This document shows positions 26,312 through 35,451 of a stretch of 49,762 nt of DNA, in pieces. The stretch comes from a virus (lineage: Duplodnaviria > Caudoviricetes), in the IMG/VR virus record IMGVR_UViG_3300042450_000301, positions 1 through 49,762 of that record; one strand, given 5' to 3'. A model generated the notes under the pieces. The model did not search any database. It was not told the DNA's origin and saw nothing but the letters and a program-made list of their open reading frames with translations. Every line of letters begins with the position of its first letter. Position 1 is the first letter of the stretch. Both the position numbers and the translations under genes were made by a program.

Positions 26312-27898
26312 TTAACCTAACAATTGATTTAAGCGAATGTCTGCCAGACCACTTGCTGCTGGCATACCAGCGCCCATTGCTTGAAACCTGTTGGGCATTG
26401 TTTGACCTTCTTCTGAGTTACGGAATGCACCAGCTAAATCTTGTGCGCTAACTCTACCAGAATTTAATAGATCTAAATTATGTTGATAGCCACGTTGATC
26501 AGCTTTTCTACCTAGCATATTTGCATAAAGAGAATTTACATAGTCTTCGTTGGATCCACCAAATGCAGGCCCCATACCAGCACCCATAGGGGTGCCTGGT
26601 TGAGGTATTTGACCCATAGGTATAGCGCCAGTCATTGGAACTTGACCCATATCTCTATTAGGCATTAATCCAGCAAGACCTGCACCCATAGGTACAGCAC
26701 CAGCTTCTTGAGGATTGTTTCTTAGATACTCCGCCATACCCATATCACTACCATAACCCATACCATTCATACCAGCGGACCGGACATCACCACCCTCAGC
26801 ATAAGACTTAATTACACCACCTTTGGCCTTAAACATTTTGTACAAACCGTAGGCACCCATACCAGCGGTACCTAAACCAGCTAACTGTGAAGTTGCATTA
26901 GGAGGAGCTTGATAACCTTGACTAGTTTGACTGGTACTAGTAAATGGCAGATTAGACATCATCTGCTGTGCAATCTGCTGTTGCTGGTACGGGAACATTT
27001 GTTGTTGCATACCAAACTGATTTTTTAATTGAGCGGCAGCTAACTGAGCCTGAGCCTGTTGAGCAGCAATATTGCCTAATGTTCCACCAGCCTGTGTAGC
27101 ACCAGCATAACCTTGTTGTGCGCCACCAACACCTTGTAAGCCAACTTGTGATCCTTGCATAGCGGTACCAAGTCCAGCCAAACCAACTTGTTGACCTTGC
27201 ATACCAGCTTGTAAACCTTGAAGTCCAAGCTGTGATCCGAATTGCTGAGCTTGTCTTGCTTGCTCAAATGCAGTTTGCTGACCTGTAGCATCAATACCAG
27301 CTAAGCGGTTTTGTAAACCACGGTTAGCTTCTGACTGTTGTAGTGCTAAACGATTGCCGCCAAATGCTCCAGAACCAACTGCTTGTGCAGCCATTTGTGG
27401 AGCTTGAATTTGGTAATCACGAATAGCTTGTTGTTTCTGATAATCAACCACATTTTGCATATATGGAGACATATATTGCGCTATGGCTTCTGGGCTAGTA
27501 GCTTGCTGTGCATAAATATCACCAGCACGACTTGCTGCGGTACCCATTGCTGCACCAGTATCACCGTACTTAGTTCCTAATGCGCCATATTGGGCGCCTT
27601 GTTGACCGTATTGCAGCGCAATAGGAGCAGTACTTAAAGATCCTTGACCACCAGCTTGTGCTAAAGCTGAACCAGAAGCAAAGCCACCAGGAAGCTGTAG
27701 GTTCTTAGCGTCTATATAGGAAGCATTTAATAGCTCAGGAGTTTGCTGATTAGCAATTAAATTCTGAGTAGCATTTAAATAGTTGCTAATATACGGTTGA
27801 AATTGCGGTTGAATAGACGGCGTAGTTGTCTGCGTCCCCTGTGATGTTGGGCTGGATGGCAGTGAACTGGCGCCAAATATTCCGTCTAAAATACCCAT
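26312..27898 (-). CDS. internal virion (ejection) protein, Q/G-rich, with a DUF4214-like module
   Basis: YMSPYMQNV..GAFGG..; C-terminal YVNSLYANMLGRKAD..FRNSEE. Confidence 0.7.
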   Translation of the reverse strand: MGILDGIFGASSLPSSPTSQGTQTTTPSIQPQFQPYISNYLNATQNLIANQQTPELLNASYIDAKNLQLPGGFASGSALAQAGGQGSLSTAPIALQYGQQGAQYGALGTKYGDTGAAMGTAASRAGDIYAQQATSPEAIAQYMSPYMQNVVDYQKQQAIRDYQIQAPQMAAQAVGSGAFGGNRLALQQSEANRGLQNRLAGIDATGQQTAFEQARQAQQFGSQLGLQGLQAGMQGQQVGLAGLGTAMQGSQVGLQGVGGAQQGYAGATQAGGTLGNIAAQQAQAQLAAAQLKNQFGMQQQMFPYQQQQIAQQMMSNLPFTSTSQTSQGYQAPPNATSQLAGLGTAGMGAYGLYKMFKAKGGVIKSYAEGGDVRSAGMNGMGYGSDMGMAEYLRNNPQEAGAVPMGAGLAGLMPNRDMGQVPMTGAIPMGQIPQPGTPMGAGMGPAFGGSNEDYVNSLYANMLGRKADQRGYQHNLDLLNSGRVSAQDLAGAFRNSEEGQTMPNRFQAMGAGMPAASGLADIRLNQLLG

Positions 27899-27901
27899 AA
27901 T

Positions 27902-29899
27902 TTAATCCTTTGGTAAAAATTTATTTGGATTGATTTTCTTACCCTGACTCTTGCGTCCAGTACGGGCTTGACGAATCTGATCCATCATCTTGTACAACTG
28001 CTTAGCGCCAGCGTCTGTAGAGCCATTACCTAAATGACTCACTACATCTGCTGGAACCACGAATTCTCCATCAGCCAATGCTGCTGGCTGTTTTTGTCCT
28101 ATGCGGGCTGGTATGCCATCAGACATGCCATCGCCGGGGCCTTTCAATAGACGGCCACCATCAGAGTATGAACCAAGCGTAGAAATTCCGCCACCTCTTT
28201 CATACATCATACCGCCTTGAGCTGCACGGCGAGTGTTATAGCTATATAGCGTTGGGTTATACGCTAAGCCACTAGTATTTGTTGGCATCATATAAGGTGA
28301 CATAACAAGTGGTTGTTGCTGTGGATACTGTTGTGGTGGAGCTGTTGTAGTAGTGGTTGTGCTAGTTGGGCCAGCACTACCGCCTCCACCAGAACCACTA
28401 CCTAAAGCATTCATTGCAAGGTTGCCCGCCATTAGTTTTTGATAGGTATCCATTCCACCAGCAGCAGCTTTTTCTTTGGCATAATTTAATGGCCCGTTAT
28501 ATGCAGCGCTCATGTCATATATTGGTGCGCCTTGATTGGCAATATAGGGTGTTGTTCCTAAGTCTGCAGTAGACACTCCAGGAAAAGCACTAGCTCCACT
28601 AGATACAGAAGAAGAAGGAGCAATATAAGACGTAGTGCCTAAGTCTGCTGAAGATATTCCAGCAGTACTGCCCAATGTTCCAGATCCCAAAGAACCTAAT
28701 AAAGTTTGAGAAGCAGGCACTCCAGTATAAGTTAAACCACCACCCAAGGCAGCCAAACCAGCACCAGCGCCTATCGTACCAGCAACAATGTATGGAGCTG
28801 CGTCAGCTAAACCACTTTGACCAAATCCGCTATCTAAATAGTTAGGAGGCAAAGGAATTGGTACACCATTCTCATCTACACGCAGATTACCTTTAGCATC
28901 TTGGTATCCGCCTTTAGTAAACATTGGGTCAACTACAACGTCAACGCCACCAATCTTTTTGGTAAGCTGGTTAAGTCCGCCATTCCAAGTTAGTCCTGCA
29001 CCGGTTGGCTGGTAATAACCATCTTTGTTTAATGTGTATTCGTTTCTTGCGGGCGTAGCGGCCTGAACAATTCCGTCTCTTCCAATATGCATGGTAGAGC
29101 CATCGTTTAATGCATAAGCGCCACCACCAGTAGGTTTACCAGTTTCTGGATCTAATGTAGGAGCAAAGTTTTTGATCTGATCTGTAGGGATCGTGTAATC
29201 AACGCTTTTCATCCCACCGTATGGATCTTCTGGATCTAGCGTTTGTAACTTAACTTGTCCTGATTCTGGATTCCATGCGGCTGGCTCTTCTACTTGGCTA
29301 CCAGTTTCGCCGTCAAAATGCGCAATACCACCTTCATTAAACGGAATGTTGTAACTTGCATTAACACCATAAGGAATTTTTCCATTGGGTGTTCCCCGCA
29401 TAGCTCTCATAGCACTAATATCTAAATTACCAATACCCGCAGGCACTTTATACCCAACTTCATAATTACCCGGCGTTCCTCTAACTCCACGCTCTCCAGG
29501 AATTGTCATTAAGTTACCCATCATTGCGGCACGAAGCTTTCCTTCACCTAACTCTTTTTCTGCTTGCAACCTAATAATCGCCATTTGCGGTGCTGTTAAT
29601 GGTTTATTATCCAATTGAAATGGCATAAAACGAGGGTCATATTCTTGAGATCCTTGTGGACGAACCGAATAACTAAGATCAAAATCTTTTTCTTCTACAT
29701 CTCCGCCTTTGGCAAAACGGGATACAGGTTGACCAGTCAATGGGTTTACTGCTGGATCATAATCGGCAATAGCTGCTTGAGCGCCTAATGGGACTTGTGT
29801 AGGGGTTGCGTAATAACTACGGTCGATCTGACTCCCAGGATACATACCCTTGTTCATAAAGTCGTACTGCCCTAAATCGCCGATACCGTTAGAAGCCAT
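27902..29899 (-). CDS. internal virion protein with xxGG motifs and a C-terminal GPG..SD.IPA..GEFV domain
   Basis: First gene of the ejection block; FAKGG, FNEGG, YSDGG; GPGDGMSDGIPA..LADGEFVVPADVV. Confidence 0.7.
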   Translation of the reverse strand: MASNGIGDLGQYDFMNKGMYPGSQIDRSYYATPTQVPLGAQAAIADYDPAVNPLTGQPVSRFAKGGDVEEKDFDLSYSVRPQGSQEYDPRFMPFQLDNKPLTAPQMAIIRLQAEKELGEGKLRAAMMGNLMTIPGERGVRGTPGNYEVGYKVPAGIGNLDISAMRAMRGTPNGKIPYGVNASYNIPFNEGGIAHFDGETGSQVEEPAAWNPESGQVKLQTLDPEDPYGGMKSVDYTIPTDQIKNFAPTLDPETGKPTGGGAYALNDGSTMHIGRDGIVQAATPARNEYTLNKDGYYQPTGAGLTWNGGLNQLTKKIGGVDVVVDPMFTKGGYQDAKGNLRVDENGVPIPLPPNYLDSGFGQSGLADAAPYIVAGTIGAGAGLAALGGGLTYTGVPASQTLLGSLGSGTLGSTAGISSADLGTTSYIAPSSSVSSGASAFPGVSTADLGTTPYIANQGAPIYDMSAAYNGPLNYAKEKAAAGGMDTYQKLMAGNLAMNALGSGSGGGGSAGPTSTTTTTTAPPQQYPQQQPLVMSPYMMPTNTSGLAYNPTLYSYNTRRAAQGGMMYERGGGISTLGSYSDGGRLLKGPGDGMSDGIPARIGQKQPAALADGEFVVPADVVSHLGNGSTDAGAKQLYKMMDQIRQARTGRKSQGKKINPNKFLPKD

Positions 29900-29918
29900 A
29901 GTAATCCCTGATAATCTG

Positions 29919-29933
29919 TGTGAATTTTAACAT
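29919..29933 (-). promoter_or_regulatory. possible extended -10 promoter for the ejection genes
   Basis: TG-T-TAAAAT in a 34-bp gap. Confidence 0.35.
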
Positions 29934-30254
29934 TTAAACCTTGACTTTCAAAACATAAGCGTTGGCTGTATCCATATATACATCTCCTACCCGTAGATAG
30001 ACCAAATCAGACTGTGTAGGTATGCTAACCACTCTAACTCCTGTAACCGCATTAGCTTGGCTAAAGTTCAAAGCCGCAATGATTCTAGGATCCCCGTTTA
30101 CCACATTACGCTGGGTAGACATAGAGCTTGGCCCAGGATTGTCTAATTGATTAAAATATAGGCGTAAAGTAGCATTAAGTTGTTCTTGATATTGCTGGCT
30201 GTATTCCGTAGGAGCCGCAGGTAAGTTAGGGTTTTTAGTGGTTCCAGTACTCAT
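29934..30254 (-). CDS. structural hypothetical
   Basis: PNLPAAPTEY..LRLYFNQLD motif; ATGA overlap. Confidence 0.7.
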   Translation of the reverse strand: MSTGTTKNPNLPAAPTEYSQQYQEQLNATLRLYFNQLDNPGPSSMSTQRNVVNGDPRIIAALNFSQANAVTGVRVVSIPTQSDLVYLRVGDVYMDTANAYVLKVKV

Positions 30255-32404
30255 CTTCTACCATCCGGTCTAATATCAATACGTGGGGTACCCATCTGCC
30301 ATGACACACCTAGCCCATCCGAGTAAATTTTCATCGCCATTTGACGACCACGAAGACGGGTATAGACCTGCCCTGTAAACTCTTGAATTGTATATACGGG
30401 AACTGTACTAAAGTTATTGGCACTTTGAATAGAGTTTATATCAGAAGTATCATAGTTTGTACCGCTATTCTGACGAGGGCGTAACTGCATAGTAACCGTA
30501 GGCTGGTTTACGTTTGAGCCGTTAAAGTTAATATCGGGCAGCATCCGCCATACATAACCAAAGTTATGCCCATCCCCAATATCAAAGTCAGAAGACTGAA
30601 CATAGGAAACAATAGGTACTGTCGTTGCGGTAGAAGAGTCATCGTTACCAACCTCGTGATAGACAATAGTTCCTGTTGGGTTTCCAAGTTCATCAACACC
30701 GTTAATGAATGCGCCCATAGGGTTTTGTCTAATACCAGAATCTAACCAAGAGGTACGGTTTAAAGATCCGTAATACCAAACACGGTCTAAGTAGTTATAG
30801 ATTACATACTTGTCAACAACGGTGCTATTTACAGAACAATAGTACCACCAGACTTCATTAAAGCCTTCATTAGTTCCGCAAGTTACTTGCCATGATTGGT
30901 CTTTATTAATATCGGCAAAAACATACTGACGTAGTGCGCAAGGCAATGTTTCTACACGACCAGAATACATATAGAATTTATCTGCACCCATCCAGTAGCT
31001 AACACCATTCACCGTAATAATAGAGTTTGGACCCATAATTGAGATGTTATCCATCAATACGTTAAAGCCCCATACATACGGAGGCCCAAGATACTGCATA
31101 GAATAAATAGTAGAGTCGGTAAGAACTAAAATTTCTTGGCGGGTAAAAATAGACGATACGATGTAAGAGCCGTGTGATAAACGGAATTCACCAGCTTGAT
31201 TAGTAATCTCAGGTTCCCATTGAAAGGGGTTTTCTTGGTCAGACCAGCGTACCAGCATAGGATCAAACGGGGTTAGTGGGTCTGCAGGGTCATAAGAGTT
31301 AGCGCCCATAGCAATAACAAAACGCTGAATATCAGAAGACACCACTTCATTTGTTACGTTTGGAACCCACTGCCCACTAGTAGCTACAGCTACGTTAGCT
31401 AAAGACGCTAAAGGTTGACCTCTAACCTGTACACCTGTAGCAGCATCCCAGTAATAGATTTGTCCACCACGAGGGGCAAATACTAAATCCTCGCCATAAT
31501 TATCTGCGGACCATAAGCGAAGTTGTGAACCTACTGTTTGCGGTGCAGCATTACCCCATCCGTAGAAACCCCAAGGAGCGGCGCCCCAACCGTTACCAAA
31601 GGTAAATACATCTAGACCTACAGGAACTAGGTAATCAACAGTAATATTATTGCCACCACCAGCATCTACTTTTGATGTAGTAAAGGTAATATTAGTAAGA
31701 TTTGTATCCGCTGTAGTTAAAGCTGGGGCATACCAAAAGCTTGTTCCATATTCAAATACTTGATGTTCTTGGTTAAGAACGTTTGCAGTTAAACCACCAA
31801 CCGCTGTGCAGTTGGACATGATTAAAAAGTCTCTAGTGTTAGAAACGTTATTAGCATCAAAGAACTGAAAGTACCCGCTTGCGATGTTAGCGCCAGCAGT
31901 ATGGGTTGCAGCAGTTGTGTTGTTAAAACCACGAATACAGTTTGTAGCTACGTTTGCCGTAATAGCATTATAGTAAATCTGCTCGCTATCAATCTTCATG
32001 ACCCCCGCTTGCGGTGCAAAATAAGCAGCGTTTGTTAACGAAATTGTAGTTGTGTTGATTGTGACGTTAGCTACTAAGGTTGTAAATCCTGTAGAGATAG
32101 CATTGTTATAGGTTGTTCTACCAATAATAGGTGTGATGTCGTAATAGAAGCCACCAGACTCAACATAGAATTTAAGGTTTGTGCCGATACCAAGATAGTT
32201 AAATCCAGCTAAAGTAGCCCAATTCCAAATAGAACGGGCAACCCCTAAGAATCTACTAGCACTTAAACGAATCCAACCACCTAGCTTTTCTGGAAAGCCA
32301 GAACGAAACCGAATCTTATCGCCATCAAAGTAGCCGCCTTCGTTAGAATAATCGGTACCTTCACGGTTTAGACCTGGTCGTAGTTGTATTTTTTGTAATG
32401 GCAT
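30251..32404 (-). CDS. tail nozzle / DNA-stabilisation-like beta-propeller protein
   Basis: 717 aa, beta-rich, VRWSDQE..EVWWYY..IYNY..RPDGRR; lies upstream of the ejection genes. Confidence 0.65.
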   Translation of the reverse strand: MPLQKIQLRPGLNREGTDYSNEGGYFDGDKIRFRSGFPEKLGGWIRLSASRFLGVARSIWNWATLAGFNYLGIGTNLKFYVESGGFYYDITPIIGRTTYNNAISTGFTTLVANVTINTTTISLTNAAYFAPQAGVMKIDSEQIYYNAITANVATNCIRGFNNTTAATHTAGANIASGYFQFFDANNVSNTRDFLIMSNCTAVGGLTANVLNQEHQVFEYGTSFWYAPALTTADTNLTNITFTTSKVDAGGGNNITVDYLVPVGLDVFTFGNGWGAAPWGFYGWGNAAPQTVGSQLRLWSADNYGEDLVFAPRGGQIYYWDAATGVQVRGQPLASLANVAVATSGQWVPNVTNEVVSSDIQRFVIAMGANSYDPADPLTPFDPMLVRWSDQENPFQWEPEITNQAGEFRLSHGSYIVSSIFTRQEILVLTDSTIYSMQYLGPPYVWGFNVLMDNISIMGPNSIITVNGVSYWMGADKFYMYSGRVETLPCALRQYVFADINKDQSWQVTCGTNEGFNEVWWYYCSVNSTVVDKYVIYNYLDRVWYYGSLNRTSWLDSGIRQNPMGAFINGVDELGNPTGTIVYHEVGNDDSSTATTVPIVSYVQSSDFDIGDGHNFGYVWRMLPDINFNGSNVNQPTVTMQLRPRQNSGTNYDTSDINSIQSANNFSTVPVYTIQEFTGQVYTRLRGRQMAMKIYSDGLGVSWQMGTPRIDIRPDGRR

Positions 32405-32410
32405 GAGGGT

Positions 32411-32860
32411 TTACCCTAGTACAAAGTTATTTTGTTTAGAGCAGTTTTCACTACCCTTTAGCACTTGCAAATTGCTAGGTACATGTAGTCCAGATACCAG
32501 CTTACCTTGAAGCGGGATTATATGATCCACATGCCACGGCTCATTATGAAGCTTTGTGAGTATTTGAGCAAGCTTATACTGGGTTTCAATGCGCTCAAAG
32601 TCTATATCTGTCAGCCATTTAGGGGTACGCTGAAGCTTAGCAGATTTGCGTTTAGCTTTATTGGCGTTTGCTTTAGCTGGGTTTAGCTTTTTGTATTCAG
32701 CAACATAGGCTTTTATCTCATCTTTTTTATCTTGATACCGCTGCTTGCTATTTTCCTTAACCTTGCTTTCGTTATGAAAATCCCATGCTTTTTTGTAAGC
32801 AGCAAGTTTTTCTCGGTTTTTTAACCGATACTGCTGATAGTATTCTTTATCGTATGCCAT
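32411..32860 (-). CDS. free-standing HNH homing endonuclease
   Basis: RTPKWL..WHVDHIIPLQG..GLHVPSNLQ..N..K.N. Confidence 0.88.
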   Translation of the reverse strand: MAYDKEYYQQYRLKNREKLAAYKKAWDFHNESKVKENSKQRYQDKKDEIKAYVAEYKKLNPAKANANKAKRKSAKLQRTPKWLTDIDFERIETQYKLAQILTKLHNEPWHVDHIIPLQGKLVSGLHVPSNLQVLKGSENCSKQNNFVLG

Positions 32861-32861
32861 A

Positions 32862-33455
32862 TTATGACAGTACCGCCAAAGCTTTAGCTATCTTAGCTTT
32901 ACGATCTTCCAAGCCAATTAACCCGCCATTGATGCGTTTAGTCATGGTTTCTATATCGCCAGAATCAGCCAGCAAGTTTAATCCTCTTTTTCCCCAAAAC
33001 CAGCCAGCACTTAGAGCCGCATATTCAGGAGTATTAAGCAGATTAGGATTACTAAGAAGATCCACACCAATACCAGATCCGCAGTTTGCATAGTTTTCCT
33101 TTCCAGTAAGCTGGATAAGACCACGACCATGATACTTCCAACCATCGCCAGTTTCTTCTGGTCCATTGCCCATACGCCCACCATATACCTTGTTGGCAAT
33201 CATTTCAGGGTTATGTGCATACTTCATAGCAGTAGCTATATCAGGAAATCGACTAGGCCAAACACGCATTAGGGCTTCTGGCTTGTAGTTTAGGTTTTCT
33301 TCAAGAGTCTTAAAATTACCAGATTCATGAGCGCACTGACCAATAAACGCTGCTTGACGCTCTGGTGTGTTGATGTCGTATTTGGCAAAGGTATCCTCCA
33401 GCGGTTGCAACCACTTAGCATCAATACCAAGTTCTTGTAGCTGTTCGTTTGTCAT
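32862..33455 (-). CDS. GH19 endolysin
   Basis: FIGQCAHES, ENLNY, YHGRGLIQLTGKENY, TKRINGG. Confidence 0.93.
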   Translation of the reverse strand: MTNEQLQELGIDAKWLQPLEDTFAKYDINTPERQAAFIGQCAHESGNFKTLEENLNYKPEALMRVWPSRFPDIATAMKYAHNPEMIANKVYGGRMGNGPEETGDGWKYHGRGLIQLTGKENYANCGSGIGVDLLSNPNLLNTPEYAALSAGWFWGKRGLNLLADSGDIETMTKRINGGLIGLEDRKAKIAKALAVLS

Positions 33456-34063
33456 TATTTTCTACTTAACATTATTGCTGCTATTGGCAAGATAGCTTCT
33501 GGATCAACTGGCTTTTCTTTCCAACCTACTGTAATTTGCCCAATAAACTGATTCTGGTCAGGTGGAACTGATATACGGCAAGTGTAGTTAACACCTAAAG
33601 ACTTGTACCAAAGACCTATTTCAGACTGTGCCTTAGCATATTCTCCACACGGAATCTCATTTGCCATTAAGCGAATCACATCATTATTGTTAGCAACATT
33701 CTTAGTAAACAAACCAACATCGTAACCATCAAAGTCTTTGTATCTAGAGCCGTCAGCAAGGAACGCTCTCTCAACTACACGCCTTCCAAGAATGGTGTCT
33801 ACATGAAATATAACTACCATCTCTGCACCAGTAGACTTCAATATCAACCTTGCTGCTGGTTCAAATCTATCAGCATTCATGGTAGGTCTTTCTTTACTTT
33901 TTACATAAGCACCAATCATTACATCCTGATGCTGATATATAAAGAAACCAAAGAATCCTAAAAACGCCAGCAAAAGAACTACGCCCAACTTAAATGGGCT
34001 ATCAATATAGTTTAAAACGCCTAATAGCGTTTCTTTAGCGTTACCTTGTTCTACTACGGCCAT
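33455..34063 (-). CDS. single-TM lysis protein with periplasmic GAF-like domain (T4 T-type holin-like)
   Basis: One N-terminal TM, two Cys, C-terminal YTCRISVPP..FIGQITVGW; between the spanins and endolysin. Confidence 0.5.
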   Translation of the reverse strand: MAVVEQGNAKETLLGVLNYIDSPFKLGVVLLLAFLGFFGFFIYQHQDVMIGAYVKSKERPTMNADRFEPAARLILKSTGAEMVVIFHVDTILGRRVVERAFLADGSRYKDFDGYDVGLFTKNVANNNDVIRLMANEIPCGEYAKAQSEIGLWYKSLGVNYTCRISVPPDQNQFIGQITVGWKEKPVDPEAILPIAAIMLSRK

Positions 34064-34480
34064 TTACTTAATCCCCGCCTGTTGCAAGATCCATTCCTGT
34101 AATGCTAGGGTTTGGAGGGTGGTTTCAGAACAGGATTCAGCAAGCTGGTAGTAGGAGGCGGTTTCATTAGTTCCGCTGGCGGGATTGGAAAGGCTGGGCA
34201 GTTTACCGCTACTGGTACTGGAGTGCTGCAACCCGCCATAATAATTACGAACGGCAGCAAGCTTGCTTTCATAGTCATTTTTAATTCCTTTACTTACTAA
34301 GTTTTGTTGTTTAACAATAGATTCATTTTTGGTTTCTTGGATCTTTCCTTGAGCTTCTACTTGTGCTTGGAAGGCAACGAACTTATCATGCTCTCCGCTA
34401 TAGCCTTTGTAGTACGCAAAACCAAGCGCCGCAATAACGGCACCGATCTTGATCCACATGAGAATTGGTAATGGAAACAT
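34064..34480 (-). CDS. i-spanin (Rz-like)
   Basis: N-terminal TM, coiled coil, C-terminal LQEWI. Confidence 0.8.
   Translation of the reverse strand: MFPLPILMWIKIGAVIAALGFAYYKGYSGEHDKFVAFQAQVEAQGKIQETKNESIVKQQNLVSKGIKNDYESKLAAVRNYYGGLQHSSTSSGKLPSLSNPASGTNETASYYQLAESCSETTLQTLALQEWILQQAGIK
34105..34278 (-). CDS. embedded o-spanin (Rz1-like lipoprotein), not in the ORF track
   Basis: Alternate frame inside Rz: MTMKASLLPFVIIMAG-C STPVPVAVNCPAFPIPPAELMKPPP..; AAGGA RBS. Confidence 0.85.
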   Translation of the reverse strand: MTMKASLLPFVIIMAGCSTPVPVAVNCPAFPIPPAELMKPPPTTSLLNPVLKPPSKP

Positions 34481-35037
34481 TAGACGAACCTAATAGTGAA
34501 CGCAAAAGTTGCTGGGAAGTTTTTAATCAGCGCTGTATTGTCATGCCATTGATCTGGAGTAATGAACGCTGGGTCAACTAAAGCACGGATGTTATGACCA
34601 AAGTTGAGAATCATCATCTTGCCAAAAACATAGTGATATGAGTTGTACTGCCATAGACCCTGACCTTGGACACGGATGGTGCCTTCATGAGTTTCATTAC
34701 AATTAATGTCACCTTGGTAAGTCATACCCGATGATCCATCAATAAACTTAACATTAAATCCATAAAACGGGTTGCGCCATAGCCACTGAATTTTCGACCA
34801 CCAGCATGGGTTATGTTCCGCCCTAAAGGTTTGATCGCCATCTAAGCTGTTGTCTGGTGTTTGAAACCATGATAGCCAAGAGAAAAGGCGTGGGCCTGAC
34901 TCCCAAACTGTGGCGTTATTGCACCAACCGATTTGGGTGGAGTACATAATGCCAATAATAAATGCTAACGGGAACGTTAAAACTGTGCCGACTAAATTAA
35001 CGGGGACTAATACTAACCAATATAAGAGTTTATTCAT
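34480..35037 (-). CDS. Trp-rich membrane-associated hypothetical in the lysis region
   Basis: Hydrophobic N-terminus; WFQTPDNSLDGD, WLWRNP. Confidence 0.7.
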   Translation of the reverse strand: MNKLLYWLVLVPVNLVGTVLTFPLAFIIGIMYSTQIGWCNNATVWESGPRLFSWLSWFQTPDNSLDGDQTFRAEHNPCWWSKIQWLWRNPFYGFNVKFIDGSSGMTYQGDINCNETHEGTIRVQGQGLWQYNSYHYVFGKMMILNFGHNIRALVDPAFITPDQWHDNTALIKNFPATFAFTIRFV

Positions 35038-35237
35038 TTTTCATCCAATGGCATAGTTGTTATAAAACGCAAAATAGCAACCACAATCCCAATACTGATA
35101 AGTACAACACCATACAGTCTTGGATCAATAAGGTTTTCCACATAGCTAAAGTTATCATAAACCACTCCTAAAATAACCAATGCAAAAGAGAACCACATCG
35201 TTTTTGAGCGTATAACGCCCATTGTCTTGCGTCGCAT
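35034..35237 (-). CDS. 2-TM holin-like protein, possible dual start
   Basis: MRRKTMGVIRSKTMW..; two TMs; LRFITTMPL. Confidence 0.65.
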   Translation of the reverse strand: MRRKTMGVIRSKTMWFSFALVILGVVYDNFSYVENLIDPRLYGVVLISIGIVVAILRFITTMPLDEK

Positions 35238-35238
35238 A

Positions 35239-35451
35239 TTACCAAGTAATACCAATAACAGGTACGGAAGTTACCGCAACAGCTATGTTTTGTTCAGGAG
35301 TAGATAAGTCCGCACCACAGTCATTACAACGCTTTGCAGTTAGTTCGGCTTCATCTACATCACGGCTGCAGTTAGGGCAAAGGATTTCAATCTTAGTTGC
35401 CACCTCTGTAACATCTGACGATAGCTCTTTGGCTTGTTGTTCAATAATCAT
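35239..35451 (-). CDS. small Zn-ribbon protein
   Basis: CPNC..CNDC. Confidence 0.65.
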   Translation of the reverse strand: MIIEQQAKELSSDVTEVATKIEILCPNCSRDVDEAELTAKRCNDCGADLSTPEQNIAVAVTSVPVIGITW

